64,000 nt of DNA. Origin: Gordius albopunctatus. Lineage: Eukaryota. The DNA lies in assembly GCA_964276515.1 (NCBI GenBank), contig OZ193910.1:7626001-7690000 (forward strand). The letters run 5' to 3'. A program made the translations under genes and the position numbers. The notes under the pieces were generated by a model. The model had not been told where the DNA came from and made no database searches. It was given only the letters and a program-made list of their open reading frames with translations. This document shows, piece after piece, positions 27,101-42,500 of this stretch. The first letter of the stretch is position 1. Every line of letters starts with the position of its first letter.

Positions 27101-30100
27101 TTAAAACAATTTCGAGGTCGAAAAAAATATTATTTTTCATATTCTTTCGAAAGGGAGATGAAAAAATCTTTAAAAGTTAGTAAATATTCTTAGAATTTTG
27201 TCCTTGTTAGAATCTTGATAGGAATTTTTGCGTTGGCGATGTTTGAGATTGAGAGAAATTAAAATTTTCGTGTGGCGTTTAGATTGATTCAATATCGCTT
27301 TATAAGCGTGTCTCTAGTTTTAGTGAAACAAGCTCTATGCGATCGTGATTTAGAGTTAATAATTTTTGATGACTGATCAAAAAAATGTTTTTCAAGGAAT
27401 TCATCTCTTATACGGAAAACTTTCATGAGAGCTATATGGTTGAACAAAAAAAATTAAAACAATTTCGAGGTCGAAAAAAATATTATTTTTCATATTCTTT
27501 CGAAAGGGAGATGAAAAAATCTTTAAAAGTTAGTAAATATTCTTAGAATTTTGTCCTTGTTAGAATCTTGATAGGAATTTTTGCGTTGGCGATGTTTGAG
27601 ATTGAGAGAAATTAAAATTTTCGTGTGGCGTTTAGATTGATTAAAAATCGCTTTATAAGCGTGTCTCTAGTTTTAGTGTAACAAGCTCTATGCGATCGTG
27701 ATTTAGAGTTAATAATTTTTGATGACTGATCAAAAAAATGTTTTTCAAGCAATTCACCTCTTATACGGAAAACTTTCATGAGAGCTATATGGTTGAACAA
27801 AAAAAATTGAAAAAATTTTGAGGTCGAAAAAAATATTTTTTTTCATATTCTTTCGTAAGGGAGATGAAAAAATCTTTAAAAGTTATTAAATATTCTTAGC
27901 ATTTTGTCCTTGTTAGAATCTTGATAGGAATTTTTGCGTGGGGGGATGTTTTAGATTGAGAGAAATTAAAATTTAGGTGTTGCGTTTATATTGTTTCAAT
28001 ATCGCTTTATAAGCGTGTCTCTAGTTTTAGTGAAACAAGCTCTATGCGATCGTGATTTAGAGTTAATAATTTTTGATGACTGATCAAAAAAATGTTTTTC
28101 AAGGAATTCATCTCTTATACGGAAAACTTTCATGAGAGCTATATGGTTGAACAAAAAAAATTAAAACAATTTCGAGGTCGAAAAAAATATTATTTTTCAT
28201 ATTCTTTCGAAAGGGAGATGAAAAAATCTTTAAAAGTTAGTAAATATTCTTAGAATTTTGTCCTTGTTAGAATCTTGATAGGAATTTTTGCGTTGGCGAT
28301 GTTTGAGATTGAGAGAAATTAAAATTTTCGTGTGGCGTTTAGATTGATTAAAAATCGCTTTATAAGCGTGTCTCTAGTTTTAGTGTAACAAGCTCTATGC
28401 GATCGTGATTTAGAATTAATAATTTTTGATGACTGATCAAAAAAATGTTTTTCAAGGAATTCATCTCTTATACGGAAAACTTTAATGAGAGCTATATGGT
28501 TGAACAAAAAAATTGAAAAAATTTTGAGGTCGAAAAAAATATTTTTTTTCATATTCTTTCGTAAGGGAGATGAAAAAATCTTTAAAAGTTATTAAATATT
28601 CTTAGCATTTTGTCCTTGTTAGAATCTTGATAGGAATTTTTGCGTGGGGGGATGTTTTAGATTGAGAGAAATTAAAATTTAGGTGTTGCGTTTATATTGT
28701 TTCAATATCGCTTTATAAGCGTGTCTCTAGTTTTAGTGAAACAAGCTCTATGCGATCGTGATTTAGAGTTAATAATTTTTGATGACTGATCAAAAAAATG
28801 TTTTTCAAGGAATTCATCTCTTATACGGAAAACTTTCATGAGAGCTATATGGTTGAACAAAAAAAATTAAAACAATTTCGAGGTCGAAAAAAATATTATT
28901 TTTCATATTCTTTCGAAAGGGAGATGAAAAAATCTTTAAAAGTTAGTAAATATTCTTAGAATTTTGTCCTTGTTAGAATCTTGATAGGAATTTTTGCGTT
29001 GGCGATGTTTGAGATTGAGAGAAATTAAAATTTTCGTGTGGCGTTTAGATTGATTCAATATCGCTTTATAAGCGTGTCTCTAGTTTTAGTGTAACAAGCT
29101 CTATGCGATCGTGATTTAGAGTTAATAATTTTTGATGACTGATCAAAAAAATGTTTTTCAAGGAATTCATCTCTTATACGGAAAACTTTCATGAGAGCTA
29201 TATGGTTGAACAAAAAAAATTAAAACAATTTCGAGGTCGAAAAAAATATTATTTTTCATATTCTTTCGAAAGGGAGATGAAAAAATCTTTAAAAGTTAGT
29301 AAATATTCTTAGAATTTTGTCCTTGTTAGAATCTTGATAGGAATTTTTGCGTTGGCGATGTTTGAGATTGAGAGAAATTAAAATTTTCGTGTGGCGTTTA
29401 GATTGATTAAAAATCGCTTTATAAGCGTGTCTCTAGTTTTAGTGTAACAAGCTCTATGCGATCGTGATTTAGAGTTAATAATTTTTGATGACTGATCAAA
29501 AAAATGTTTTTCAAGCAATTCACCTCTTATACGGAAAACTTTCATGAGAGCTATATGGTTGAACAAAAAAAATTAAAACAATTTCGAGGTCGAAAAAAAT
29601 ATTATTTTTCATATTCTTTCGAAAGGGAGATGAAAAAATCTTTAAAAGTTAGTAAATATTCTTAGAATTTTGTCCTTGTTAGAATTTTGATAGGAATTTT
29701 TGCGTTGGCGATGTTTGAGATTGAGAGAAATTAAAATTTTCGTGTGGCGTTTAGATTGATTAAAAATCGCTTTATAAGCGTGTCTCTAGTTTTAGTGTAA
29801 CAAGCTCTATGCGATCGTGATTTAGAGTTAATAATTTTTGATGACTGATCAAAAAAATGTTTTTCAAGGAATTCATCTCTTATACGGAAAACTTTCATGA
29901 GAGCTATATGGTTGAACAAAAAAAATTAAAACAATTTCGAGGTCGAAAAAAATATTATTTTTCATATTCTTTCGAAAGGGAGATGAAAAAATCTTTAAAA
30001 GTTAGTAAATATTCTTAGAATTTTGTCCTTGTTAGAATCTTGATAGGAATTTTTGCGTTGGCGATGTTTGAGATTGAGAGAAATTAAAATTTTCGTGTGG

Positions 30101-30114
30101 CGTTTAGATTGATT
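24115..30114. repeat. 8-monomer tandem duplication, period 2825 bp
   Basis: Identical ORF variants at 24787/27612, 25494/28319, 26553/29378 and 26906/29731. Confidence 0.88.
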
Positions 30115-31879
30115 AAAAATCGCTTTATAAGCGTGTCTCTAGTTTTAGTGTAACAAGCTCTATGCGATCGTGATTCAGAGTTAATAATTTTTGATGACTG
30201 ATCAAAAAATGTTTTTCAAGGAATTCATCTCTTATACGGAAAACTTTCATGAGAGCTATATGGTTGAACAAAAAAAATTAAAACAATTTCGAGGTCGAAA
30301 AAAATATTATTTTTCATATTCTTTCGAAAGGGAGATGAAAAAATCTTTAAAAGTTAGTAAATATTCTTAGAATTTTGTCCTTGTTAGAATCTTGATAGGA
30401 ATTTTTGCGTTGGCGATGTTTGAGATTGAGAGAAATTAAAATTTTCGTGTGGCGTTTAGATTGATTCAATATCGCTTTATAAGCGTGTCTCTAGTTTTAG
30501 TGAAACAAGCTCTATGCGATCGTGATTTAGAGTTAATAATTTTTGATGACTGATCAAAAAAATGTTTTTCAAGGAATTCATCTCTTATACCGAAAACTTT
30601 CATGAGAGCTATATGGTTGAACAAAAAAAATTAAAACAATTTTGAGGTCGAAAAAAATATTGTTTTTCATATTCTTTCGAAAGGGAGATGAAAAAATCTT
30701 TAAAAGTTATTAAATATTCTTAACATTTTGTCCTTGTTAGAATCTTGATAGGAATTTTTGCGTGGGGGGATGTTTGAGATTGAGAGAAATTAAAATTTAG
30801 GTGTTGCGTTTATATTGTTTCAATATCGCTTTATAAGCGTGTCTCTAGTTTTAGTGAAACAAGCTCTATGCGATCGTGATTTAGAGTTAATAATTTTTGA
30901 TGACTGATCAAAAAAATGTTTTTCAAGGAATTCACCTTTTATACCGAAAACTTTCATGAGAGCTATATGGTTGAACAAAAAAATTGAAAAAATTTTGAGG
31001 TCGAAAAAAATATTATTTTTCATATTGTTTCGAAAGGGAGATGAAAAAATCTTTAAAAGTTAGTAAATATTCTTAGCATTTTGTCCTTGTTAGAATCTTG
31101 ATAGGAATTTATGCGTGGGGGGATGTTTTAGATTGAGAGAAATTAAAATTTAGGTGTTGCGTTTATATTGTTTCAATATCGCTTTATAAGCGTGTCTCTA
31201 GTTTTAGTGAAACAAGCTCTTTGCGATCGTGATTTAGAGATAATAATTTTTGACGACTGATCAAAAAAATGTTTTTCAAGGAATTCACCTCTTATACCGA
31301 AAATTTTCATGAGAGCTATATGGTTGAACAAAAAAATTGAAAAAATTTTGAGGTCGAAAAAAATATTATTTTTCATATTGTTTCGAAAGGGAGATGAAAA
31401 AATCTTTAAAAGTTAGTAAATATTCTTAGCATTTTGTCCTTGTTAGAATCTTGATAGGAATTTTTGCGTGGGGGGATGTTTTAGATTGAGAGAAATTAAA
31501 ATTTAGGTGTTGCGTTTATATTGTTTCAATATCGCTTTATAAGCGTGTCTCTAGTTTTAGTGAAACAAGCTCTATGCGATCGTGATTTAGAGTTAATAAT
31601 TTTTGATGACTGATCAAAAAAATGTTTTTCAAGGAATTCACCTTTTATACCGAAAACTTTCATGAGAACTATATGGTTGAACAAAAAAATTAAAACAATT
31701 TTGAGGTCGAAAAAAATATTATTTTTCATATTGTTTCGAAAGGGAGATGAAAAAATCTTTAAAAGTTATTAAATATTCTTAGCATTTTGTCCTTGTTAGA
31801 ATCTTGATAGGAATTTTTGCGTGGGGGGATGTTCGAGATTGAGAGAAATTAATATTTTGGTGTTGAGTTTATATTGTTT

Positions 31880-33930
31880 CAATATCGCTTTATAAGCGTA
31901 TCTCTAGTTTTAGTGAAACAAGCTCTATGCGATCGTGATTTAGAGTTAATAATTTTTGATGACTGATCAAAAAAATGTTTTTCAAGGAATTCACCTCTTA
32001 TACCGAAAATTTTCATGAGAGCTATATGGTTGAACAAAAAAATTGAAAAAATTTTGAGGTCGAAAAAAATATTATTTTTCATATTGTTTCGAAAGGGAGA
32101 TGAAAAAATCTTTAAAAGTTAGTAAATATTCTTAGCATTTTGTCCTTGTTAGAATCTTGATAGGAATTTTTCCGTGGGGGGATTTTTTAGATTGAGAGAA
32201 ATTAAAATTTAGGTGTTGCGTTTATATTGTTTCAATATCGCTTTATAAGCGAGCTCTATGCGATCGTGATTTAGTGTTAATAATTTTTGATGACTGATCA
32301 AAAAAATGTTTTTCAAGGAATTCACCTCTTATACCGAAAACTTTCATGAGAGCTATATGGTTGAACAAAAAAATTGAAAAAATTTTGAGGTCGAAAAAAT
32401 TATTATTTTTCATATTCTTTTGAAAGGGAGATGAAAAAATCTTTAAAAATTAGTAAATATTCGTAGCATTTTGTCCTTGTTAGAATCTTGATAGGAATAT
32501 ATGCGTGGGGGGATGTTTGAGATTGAGAGAAATTAAAATTTTCGTGTTGAGTTTATATTGTTTCAATATCGCTTTATAAGCGTGTCTCTAGTTTTAGTGA
32601 AACAAGCTCTATGCGATCGTGATTTAGAGTTAATAATTTTTGATGACTGATCAAAAAAATGTTTTTCAAGGAATTCACCTCTTATACCGAAAATTTTCAT
32701 GAGAGCTATATGGTTGAACAAAAAAATTGAAAAAATTTTGAGGTCGAAAAAAATATTATTTTTCATATTGTTTCGAAAGGGAGATGAAAAAATCTTTAAA
32801 AGTTAGTAAATATTCTTAGCATTTTGTCCTTGTTAGAATCTTGATAGGAATTTTTGCGTGGGGGGATGTTTTAGATTGAGAGAAATTAAAATTTAGGTGT
32901 TGCGTTTATATTGTTTCAATATCGCTTTATAAGCGAGCTCTATGCGATCGTGATTTAGTGTTAATAATTTTTGATGACTGATCAAAAAAATGTTTTTCAA
33001 GGAATTCACCTCTTATACCGAAAACTTTCATGAGAGCTATATGGTTGAACAAAAAAATTGAAAAAATTTTGAGGTCGAAAAAAATATTATTTTTCAAATT
33101 CTTTCGAAAGGGAGATGAAAAAATCTTTAAAAATTAGTAAATATTCGTAGCATTTTGTCCTTGTTAGAATCTTGATAGGAATATATGCGTGGGGGGATGT
33201 TTGAGATTGAGAGAAATTAAAATTTTCGTGTTACGTTTATATTGTTTCAATATCGCTTTATAAGCGTGTCTCTAGTTTTAGTGAAACAAGCTCTATGCGA
33301 TCGTGATTTAGAGTTAATAATTTTTGATGACTGATCAAAAAAATGTTTTTCAAGGAATTCACCTCTTATACCGAAAACTTTCATGAGAGCTATATGGTTG
33401 AACAAAAAAATTGAAAAAATTTTGAGGTCGAAAAAATTATTATTTTTCATATTCTTTCGAAAGGGAGATGAAAAAATCTTTAAAAGTTAGTAAATATTCT
33501 TAGCATTTTGTCCTTGTTAGAATCTTGATAGGAATTTATCCTTGGGGGGATGTTTGAGATTGAGAGAAATTAAAATTTAGGTGTTGCGTTTATATTGTTT
33601 CAATATCGCTTTATAATCGAGCTCTATGCGATCGTGATTTAGAGTTAATAATTTTTGATGACTGATCAAAAAAATGTTTTTCAAGGAATTCATCTCTTAT
33701 ACCGAAAACTTTCATGAGAGCTATATGGTTGAACAAAAAAATTGAAAAAATTTTGAGGTCGAAAAAATAATATTTTTCATATTTTTTCGAAAGGGAGATG
33801 AAAAAATCTTTAAAAGTTAGTAAATATTCTTAGCATTTTGTCCTTGTTTGAATATTGATAGAAATTTATGCGTGGGGGGATGTTTGAGATTGAGAGAAAT
33901 TAAAATTTTCGTGCTGCGTTTATATTGTTT
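31880..33930. repeat. Dimeric higher-order repeat (353 + 331 bp = 684 bp), about 3 copies
   Basis: 22-bp deletion junctions at 32251, 32935 and 33619 are exactly 684 bp apart, with full-length monomers between them. Confidence 0.88.
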
Positions 33931-36900
33931 CAATATCGCTTTATAAGCGTGTCTCTAGTTTTAGTGAAACAAGCTCGATGCGATCGTGATTTAGAGTTAA
34001 TAATTTTTGATGACTGATCAAAAAAATGTTTTTCAAGGAATTCACCTCTTATACCGAAAACTTTCATGAGAGCTATATGGTTGAACAAAAAAATTAAAAC
34101 AATTTCGAGGTCGAAAAAAATATTATTTTTCATATTCTTTCGAAAGGGAGATGAAAAAATCTTTAAAAGTTAGTAAATATTCTTAGAATTTTGTCCTTGT
34201 TAGAATCTTGATAGGAATTTTTGCGTTGGCGATGTTTGAGATTGAGAGAAATTAAAATTTTCGTGTGGCGTTTAGATTGATTCAATATCGCTTTATAAGC
34301 GTGTCTCTAGTTTTAGTGAAACAAGCTCTATGCGATCGTGATTTAGAGTTAATAATTTTTGATGACTGATCAAAAAAATGTTTTTCATGGAATTCATCTC
34401 TTATACGGAAAACTTTAATGAGAGCTATATGGTTGAACAAAAAAATTGAAAAAATTTTGAGGTCGAAAAAAATATTATTTTTCATATTCTTTCGAAAGGG
34501 AGATGAAAAAATCTTTAAAAGTTAGTAAATATTCTTAGCATTTTGTCCTTGTTAGAATCTTGATAGAAATTTATGCGTGGGGGGATGTTTTAGATTGAGA
34601 GAAATTAAAATTTAGGTGTTGCGTTTATATTGTTTCAATATCGCTTTATAAGCGTGTCTCTAGTTTTAGTGAAACAAGCTCTATGCGATCGTGATTTAGG
34701 GTTAATAATTTTTGATGACTGATCAAAAAAATGTTTTTCAAGGAATTCACCTCTTATACCGAAAACTTTCATGAGAGCTATATGGTTGAACAAAAAAAAT
34801 TAAAACAATTTTGAGGTCGAAAAAAATATTATTTTTCATATTGTTTCGAAAGGGAGATGAAAAAATCTTTAAAAGTTATTAAATATTCTTAGCATTTTGT
34901 CCTTGTTAGAATCTTGATAGGAATTTTTGCGTGGGGGGATGTTCGAGATTGAGAGAAATTAAAATTTAGGTGTTGAGTTTATATTGTTTCAATATCGCTT
35001 TATAAGCGTGTCTCTAGTTTTAGTGAAACAAGCTCTATGCGATCGTGATTTAGAGTTAATAATTTTTGATGACTGATCAAAAAAATGTTTTTCAAGGAAT
35101 TCACCTCTTATACCGAAAATTTTCATGAGAGCTATATGGTTGAACAAAAAAATTGAAAAAATTTTGAGGTCGAAAAAAATATTATTTTTCATATTGTTTC
35201 GAAAGGGAGATGAAAAAATCTTTAAAAGTTAGTAAATATTCTTAGCATTTTGTCCTTGTTAGAATCTTGATAGGAATTTTTGCGTGGGGGGATGTTTTAG
35301 ATTGAGAGAAATTAAAATTTAGGTGTTGCGTTTATATTGTTTCAATATCGCTTTATAAGCGAGCTCTATGCGATCGTGATTTAGTGTTAATAATTTTTGA
35401 TGACTGATCAAAAAAATGTTTTTCAATAAATTCACCTCTTATACCGAAAACTTTCATGAGAGCTATATGGTTGAACAAAAAAATTGAAAAAATTTTGAGG
35501 TCGAAAAAATTATTATTTTTCATATTCTTTTGAAAGGGAGATGAAAAAATCTTTAAAAATTAGTAAATATTCGTAGCATTTTGTCCTTGTTAGAATCTTG
35601 ATAGGAATATATGCGTGGGGGGATGTTTGAGATTGAGAGAAATTAAAATTTTCGTGCTGCGTTTATATTGTTTCAATATCGCTTTATAAGCGTGTCTCTA
35701 GTTTTAGTGAAACAAGCTCGATGCGATCGTGATTTAGAGTTAATAATTTTTGATGACTGATCAAAAAAATGTTTTTCAAGCAATTCACCTGTTATACCGA
35801 AAACTTTCATGAGAGCTATATGGTTGAACAAAAAAATTGAAAAAATTTTGAGGTCGAAAAAAATATTATTTTTCAAATTCTTTCGAAAGGATGATGAAAA
35901 AATCTTTAAAAGTTAGTAAATATTCTTAGCATTTTGTCCTTGTTAGAATCTTGACAGAAATTTATGCGTGGGGGGATGTTTTAGATTGAGAGAAATTAAA
36001 ATTTAGGTGTTGCGTTTATATTGTTTCAATATCGCTTTATAAGCGTGTCTCTAGTTTTAGTGAAACAAGCTCGATGCGATCGTGATTTAGAGTTAATAAT
36101 TTTTGATGACTGATCAAAAAAATGTTTTTCAAGCAATTCACCTGTTATACCGAAAACTTTCATGAGAGCTATATGGTTGAACAAAAAAATTGAAAAAATT
36201 TTGAGGTCGAAAAAAATATTATTTTTCATATTGTTTCGAAAGGGAGATGAAAAAATCTTTAAAAGTTAGTAAATATTCTTAGCATTTTGTCCTTGTTAGA
36301 ATCTTGATAGGAATTTTTGCGTGGGGGGATGTTTTAGATTGAGAGAAATTAAAATTTAGGTGTTGCGTTTATATTGTTTCAATATCGCTTTATAAGCGAG
36401 CTCTATGCGATCGTGATTTAGTGTTAATAATTTTTGATGACTGATCAAAAAAATGTTTTTCAAGCAATTCACCTGTTATACCGAAAACTTTCATGAGAGC
36501 TATATGGTTGAACAAAAAAATTGAAAAAATTTTGAGGTCGAAAAAAATATTATTTTTCAAATTCTTTCGAAAGGATGATGAAAAAATCTTTAAAAGTTAG
36601 TAAATATTCTTAGCATATTGTCCTCGTTAGAATCTTGATAGGAATTTATGCGTGGGGGGATGTTTGAGATTGAGAGAAATTAAAATTTTCGTGCTGCGTT
36701 TATATTGTTTCAATATCGCTTTATAAGCGTGTCTCTAGTTTTAGTGAAACAAGCTCGATGCGATCGTGATTTAGAGTTAATAATTTTTGATGACTGATCA
36801 AAAAAATGTTTTTCAAGCAATTCACCTGTTATACCGAAAACTTTCATGAGAGCTATATGGTTGAACAAAAAAATTGAAAAAATTTTGAGGTCGAAAAAAA

Positions 36901-39515
36901 TATTATTTTTCAAATTCTTTCGAAAGGATGATGAAAAAATCTTTAAAAGTTAGTAAATATTCTTAGCATTTTGTCCTTGTTAGAATCTTGACAGAAATTT
37001 ATGCGTGGGGGGATGTTTTAGATTGAGAGAAATTAAAATTTAGGTGTTGCGTTTATATTGTTTCAATATCGCTTTATAAGCGTGTCTCTAGTTTTAGTGA
37101 AACAAGCTCGATGCGATCGTGATTTAGAGTTAATAATTTTTGATGACTGATCAAAAAAATGTTTTTCAAGCAATTCACCTGTTATACCGAAAACTTTCAT
37201 GAGAGCTATATGGTTGAACAAAAAAATTGAAAAAATTTTGAGGTCGAAAAAAATATTATTTTTCAAATTCTTTCGAAAGGATGATGAAAAAATCTTTAAA
37301 AGTTAGTAAATATTCTTAGCATTTTGTCCTTGTTAGAATCTTGACAGAAATTTATGCGTGGGGGGATGTTTTAGATTGAGAGAAATTAAAATTTAGGTGT
37401 TGCGTTTATATTGTTTCAATATCGCTTTATAAGCGTGTCTCTAGTTTTAGTGAAACAAGCTCTATGCGATCGTGATTTAGAGATAATAATTTTTGACGAC
37501 TGATCAAAAAAATGTTTTTAAAGGAATTCACCTCTTATACCGAAAACTTTCATGAGAGCTATATGGTTGAACAAAAAAATAGAAAAAATTTTGAGGTCCA
37601 AAAAAATTATTATTTTTCATATTCTTTCGAAAGGGAGATGAAAAAATCTTTAAATGTTAGTAAATATTCTTAGCATTTTGTCCTTGTTAGAATCTTGAAA
37701 GGAATTTATGCGTGGGGGGATGTTTTAGATTGAGAGAAATTAAAATTTAGGTGTTGCGTTTATATTGTTTCAATATCGCTTTATAATCGAGCTCTATGCG
37801 ATCGTGATTTAGAGTTAATAATTTTTGATGACTGATCAAAAAAATGTTTTTCAAGGAATTCATCTCTTATACCGAAAACTTTCATGAGAGCTATATGGTT
37901 GAACAAAAAAATTGAAAAAATTTTGAGGTCGAAAAAATAATATTTTTCATATTTTTTCGAAAGGGAGATGAAAAAATCTTTAAAAGTTAGTAAATATTCT
38001 TAGCATTTTGTCCTTGTTTGAATATTGATAGAAATTTATGCGTGGGGGGATGTTTGAGATTGAGAGAAATTAAAATTTTCGTGCTGCGTTTATATTGTTT
38101 CAATATCGCTTTATAAGCGTGTCTCTAGTTTTAGTGAAACAAGCTCGATGCGATCGTGATTTAGAGTTAATAATTTTTGATGACTGATCAAAAAAATGTT
38201 TTTCAAGGAATTCACCTCTTATACCGAAAACTTTCATGAGAGCTATATGGTTGAACAAAAAAATTGAAAAAATTTTGAGGTCGAAAAAAATATTATTTTT
38301 CAAATTCTTTCGAAAGGGAGATGAAAAAATCTTTAAAAGTTAGTAAATATTCTCAGCATTTTGTCCTTTTTAGAATCTTGATAGAAATTTATGCGTGGGG
38401 GATGTTTTAGATTGAGAGAAATTAAAATTTTCGTGTTGCGTTTAGATTGATTCAATATCGCTTTATAAGCGTGTCTCTAGTTTTAGTGAAACAAGCTCTA
38501 TGCGATCGTGATTCAGAGTTAATAATTTTTGATGACTGATCAAAAAAATGTTTTTCAAGGAATTCATCTCTTATACGGAAAACTTTCATGAGAGCTATAT
38601 GGTTGAACAAAAAAAATTAAAACAATTTCGAGGTCGAAAAAAATATTATTTTTCATATTCTTTCGAAAGGGAGATGAAAAAATCTTTAAAAGTTAGTAAA
38701 TATTCTTAGAATTTTGTCCTTGTTAGAATCTTGATAGGAATTTTTGCGTTGGCGATGTTTGAGATTGAGAGAAATTAAAATTTTCGTGTGGCGTTTAGAT
38801 TGATTCAATATCGCTTTATAAGCGTGTCTCTAGTTTTAGTGAAACAAGCTCTATGCGATCGTGATTTAGAGTTAATAATTTTTGATGACTGATCAAAAAA
38901 ATGTTTTTCATGGAATTCATCTCTTATACGGAAAACTTTAATGAGAGCTATATGGTTGAACAAAAAAATTGAAAAAATTTTGAGGTCGAAAAAAATATTA
39001 TTTTTCATATTCTTTCGAAAGGGAGATGAAAAAATCTTTAAAAGTTAGTAAATATTCTTAGCATTTTGTCCTTGTTAGAATCTTGATAGAAATTTATGCG
39101 TGGGGGGATGTTTTAGATTGAGAGAAATTAAAATTTAGGTGTTGCGTTTATATTGTTTCAATATCGCTTTATAAGCGTGTCTCTAGTTTTAGTGAAACAA
39201 GCTCTATGCGATCGTGATTTAGAGTTAATAATTTTTGATGACTGATCAAAAAAATGTTTTTCAAGGAATTCACCTTTTATACCGAAAACTTTCATGAGAA
39301 CTATATGGTTGAACAAAAAAAATTAAAACAATTTCGAGGTCGAAAAAAATATTATTTTTCATATTCTTTCGAAAGGGAGATGAAAAAATCTTTAAAAGTT
39401 AGTAAATATTCTTAGAATTTTGTCCTTGTTAGAATCTTGATAGGAATTTTTGCGTTGGCGATGTTTGAGATTGAGAGAAATTAAAATTTTCGTGTGGCGT
39501 TTAGATTGATTCAAT

Positions 39516-42500
39516 ATCGCTTTATAAGCGTGTCTCTAGTTTTAGTGAAACAAGCTCTATGCGATCGTGATTTAGAGTTAATAATTTTTGATGACTGATC
39601 AAAAAAATGTTTTTCAAGGAATTCATCTCTTATACCGAAAACTTTCATGAGAGCTATATGGTTGAACAAAAAAAATTAAAACAATTTTGAGGTCGAAAAA
39701 AATATTGTTTTTCATATTCTTTCGAAAGGGAGATGAAAAAATCTTTAAAAGTTATTAAATATTCTTAGCATTTTGTCCTTGTTAGAATCTTGATAGGAAT
39801 TTTTGCGTGGGGGGATGTTTGAGATTGAGAGAAATTAAAATTTAGGTGTTGCGTTTATATTGTTTCAATATCGCTTTATAAGCGTGTCTCTAGTTTTAGT
39901 GAAACAAGCTCTATGCGATCGTGATTTAGAGTTAATAATTTTTGATGACTGATCAAAAAAATGTTTTTCAAGGAATTCACCTTTTATACCGAAAACTTTC
40001 ATGAGAGCTATATGGTTGAACAAAAAAATTGAAAAAATTTTGAGGTCGAAAAAAATATTATTTTTCATATTGTTTCGAAAGGGAGATGAAAAAATCTTTA
40101 AAAGTTAGTAAATATTCTTAGCATTTTGTCCTTGTTAGAATCTTGATAGGAATTTATGCGTGGGGGGATGTTTGAGATTGAGAGAAATTAAAATTTTCGT
40201 GTTGCGTTTAGATTGATTCAATATCGCTTTATAAGCGTGTCTCTAGTTTTAGTGAAACAAGCTCTATGCGATCGTGATTTAGAGTTAATAATTTTTGATG
40301 ACTGATCAAAAAAATGTTTTTCAAGGAATTCACCTCTTATACCGAAAACTTTCATGAGAGCTATATGGTTGAACAAAAAAATAGAAAAAATTTTGAGGTC
40401 GAAAAAATTATTATTTTTCATATTCTTTTGAAAGGGAGATGAAAAAATCTTTAAAAGTTAGTAAATATTCTTAGCATTTTGTCCTTGTTAGAATCTTGAT
40501 AGGAATTTTTGCGTGGGGGGATGTTTGAGATTGAGAGAAATTAAAATTTTCGTGTTGCGTTTAGATTGATTCAATATCGCTTTATAAGCGTGTCTCTAGT
40601 TTTAGTGAAACAAGCTCTATGCGATCGTGATTTAGAGTTAATAATTTTTGATGAATGATCCAAAAAAATGTTTTTCAAGGAATTCATCTCTTATACCGAA
40701 AACTTTCATGAGAACTATATGGTTGAACAAAAAAATTGAAAAAATTTTGAGGTCGAAAAAAATATTATTTTTCATATTCATTCGAAAAGGAGATGAAAAA
40801 ATCTTTAAAAGTTAGTAAATATTCTTAGCATTTTGTCCTTGTTAGAATCTTGATAGGAATTTTTGCGTGGGGGGATGTTTGAGATTGAGAGAAATTAAAA
40901 TTTTCGTGTTGCGTTTAGATTGTTTCAATATCGCTTTATAAGCGTGTCTCTAGTTTTAGTGAAACAAACTCTATGCGATCGTGATTCAGAGTTAATAATT
41001 TTTGATGACTGATCAAAAAAATGTTTTTCAAGGAATTCACCTCTTATACCGAAAACTTTCATGAGAGCTATATGGTTGAACAAAAAAATTTAAAAAATTT
41101 TGAGGTCGAAAAAAATATTATTTTTCATATTCTTTCGAAAGGGATATGAAAAAATCTTTAAAAGTTAGTAAATATTCTTAGCATTTTGTGCTTGTTAGAA
41201 TCTTGATAGGAATTTTTGCGTGGGGGGATGTTTTAGATTGAGAGAAATTAAAATTTAGGTGTTGCGTTTATATTGTTTCAATATCGCTTTATAAGCGTGT
41301 CTCTAGTTTTAGTTAAACAAGCTCTTTGCGATCGTGATTTAGAGTTAATAATTTTTGATGACTGATCAAAAAAATGTTTTTCAAGGAATTCACCTCTTAT
41401 ACCGAAAATTTTCATGAGAGCTATATGGTTGAACAAAAAAATTGAAAAAATTTTGAGGTCGAAAAAAATATTATTTTTCATATTGTTTCGAAAGGGAGAT
41501 GAAAAAATCTTTAAAAGTTAGTAAATATTCTTAGCATTTTGTCCTTGTTAGAATCTTGATAGGAATTTTTGCGTGGGGGGATGTTTGAGATTGAGAGAAA
41601 TTAAAATTTTCGTGTTGCGTTTAGATTGATTCAATATCGCTTTATAAGCGTGTCTCTAGTTTTAGTGAAACAAGCTCTATGCGATCGTGATTTAGAGTTA
41701 ATAATTTTTGATGACTGATCAAAAAAATGTTTTTCAAGGAATTCACCTCTTATACCGAAAACTTTCATGAGAGCTATATGGTTGAACAAAAAAATATAAA
41801 AAATTTTGAGGTCGAAAAAATTATTATTTTTCATATTCTTTTGAAAGGGAGATGAAAAAATCTTTAAAAGTTAGTAAATATTCTTAGCATTTTGTCCTTG
41901 TTAGAATCTTGATAGGAATTTATGCGTGGGGGGATGTTTGAGATTGAGAGAAATTAAAATTTTCGTGTTGCGTTTAGATTGATTCAATATCGCTTTATAA
42001 GCGTGTCTCTAGTTTTAGTGAAACAAGCTCTATGCGATCGTGATTTAGAGTTAATAATTTTTGATGACTGATCAAAAAAATGTTTTTCAAGGAATTCACC
42101 TCTTATACCGAAAATTTTCATGAGAGCTATATGGTTGAACAAAAAAATTGAAAAAATTTTGAGGTCGAAAAAAATATTATTTTTCATATTGTTTCGAAAG
42201 GGAGATGAAAAAATCTTTAAAAGTTAGTAAATATTCTTAGCATTTTGTCCTTGTTAGAATCTTGATAGGAATTTTTGCGTGGGGGGATGTTTTAGATTGA
42301 GAGAAATTAAAATTTAGGTGTTGCGTTTATATTGTTTCAATATCGCTTTATAAGCGAGCTCTATGCGATCGTGATTTAGTGTTAATAATTTTTGATGACT
42401 GATCAAAAAAATGTTTTTCAAGGAATTCACCTCTTATACCGAAAACTTTCATGAGAGCTATATGGTTGAACAAAAAAATTGAAAAAATTTTGAGGTCGAA

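Larger units (their letters stand above)
5770..30600. repeat. Domain dominated by subfamily B monomers (GCGTTGGCGATG...TTTTCGTGTGGCG...GATTGATT), interrupted by an A-type block at ~10.5-11.7 kb
   Basis: Diagnostic linked variants TTGGCG, GTGGCG, CATCTC and ATACGG occur in most monomers. Confidence 0.85.
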
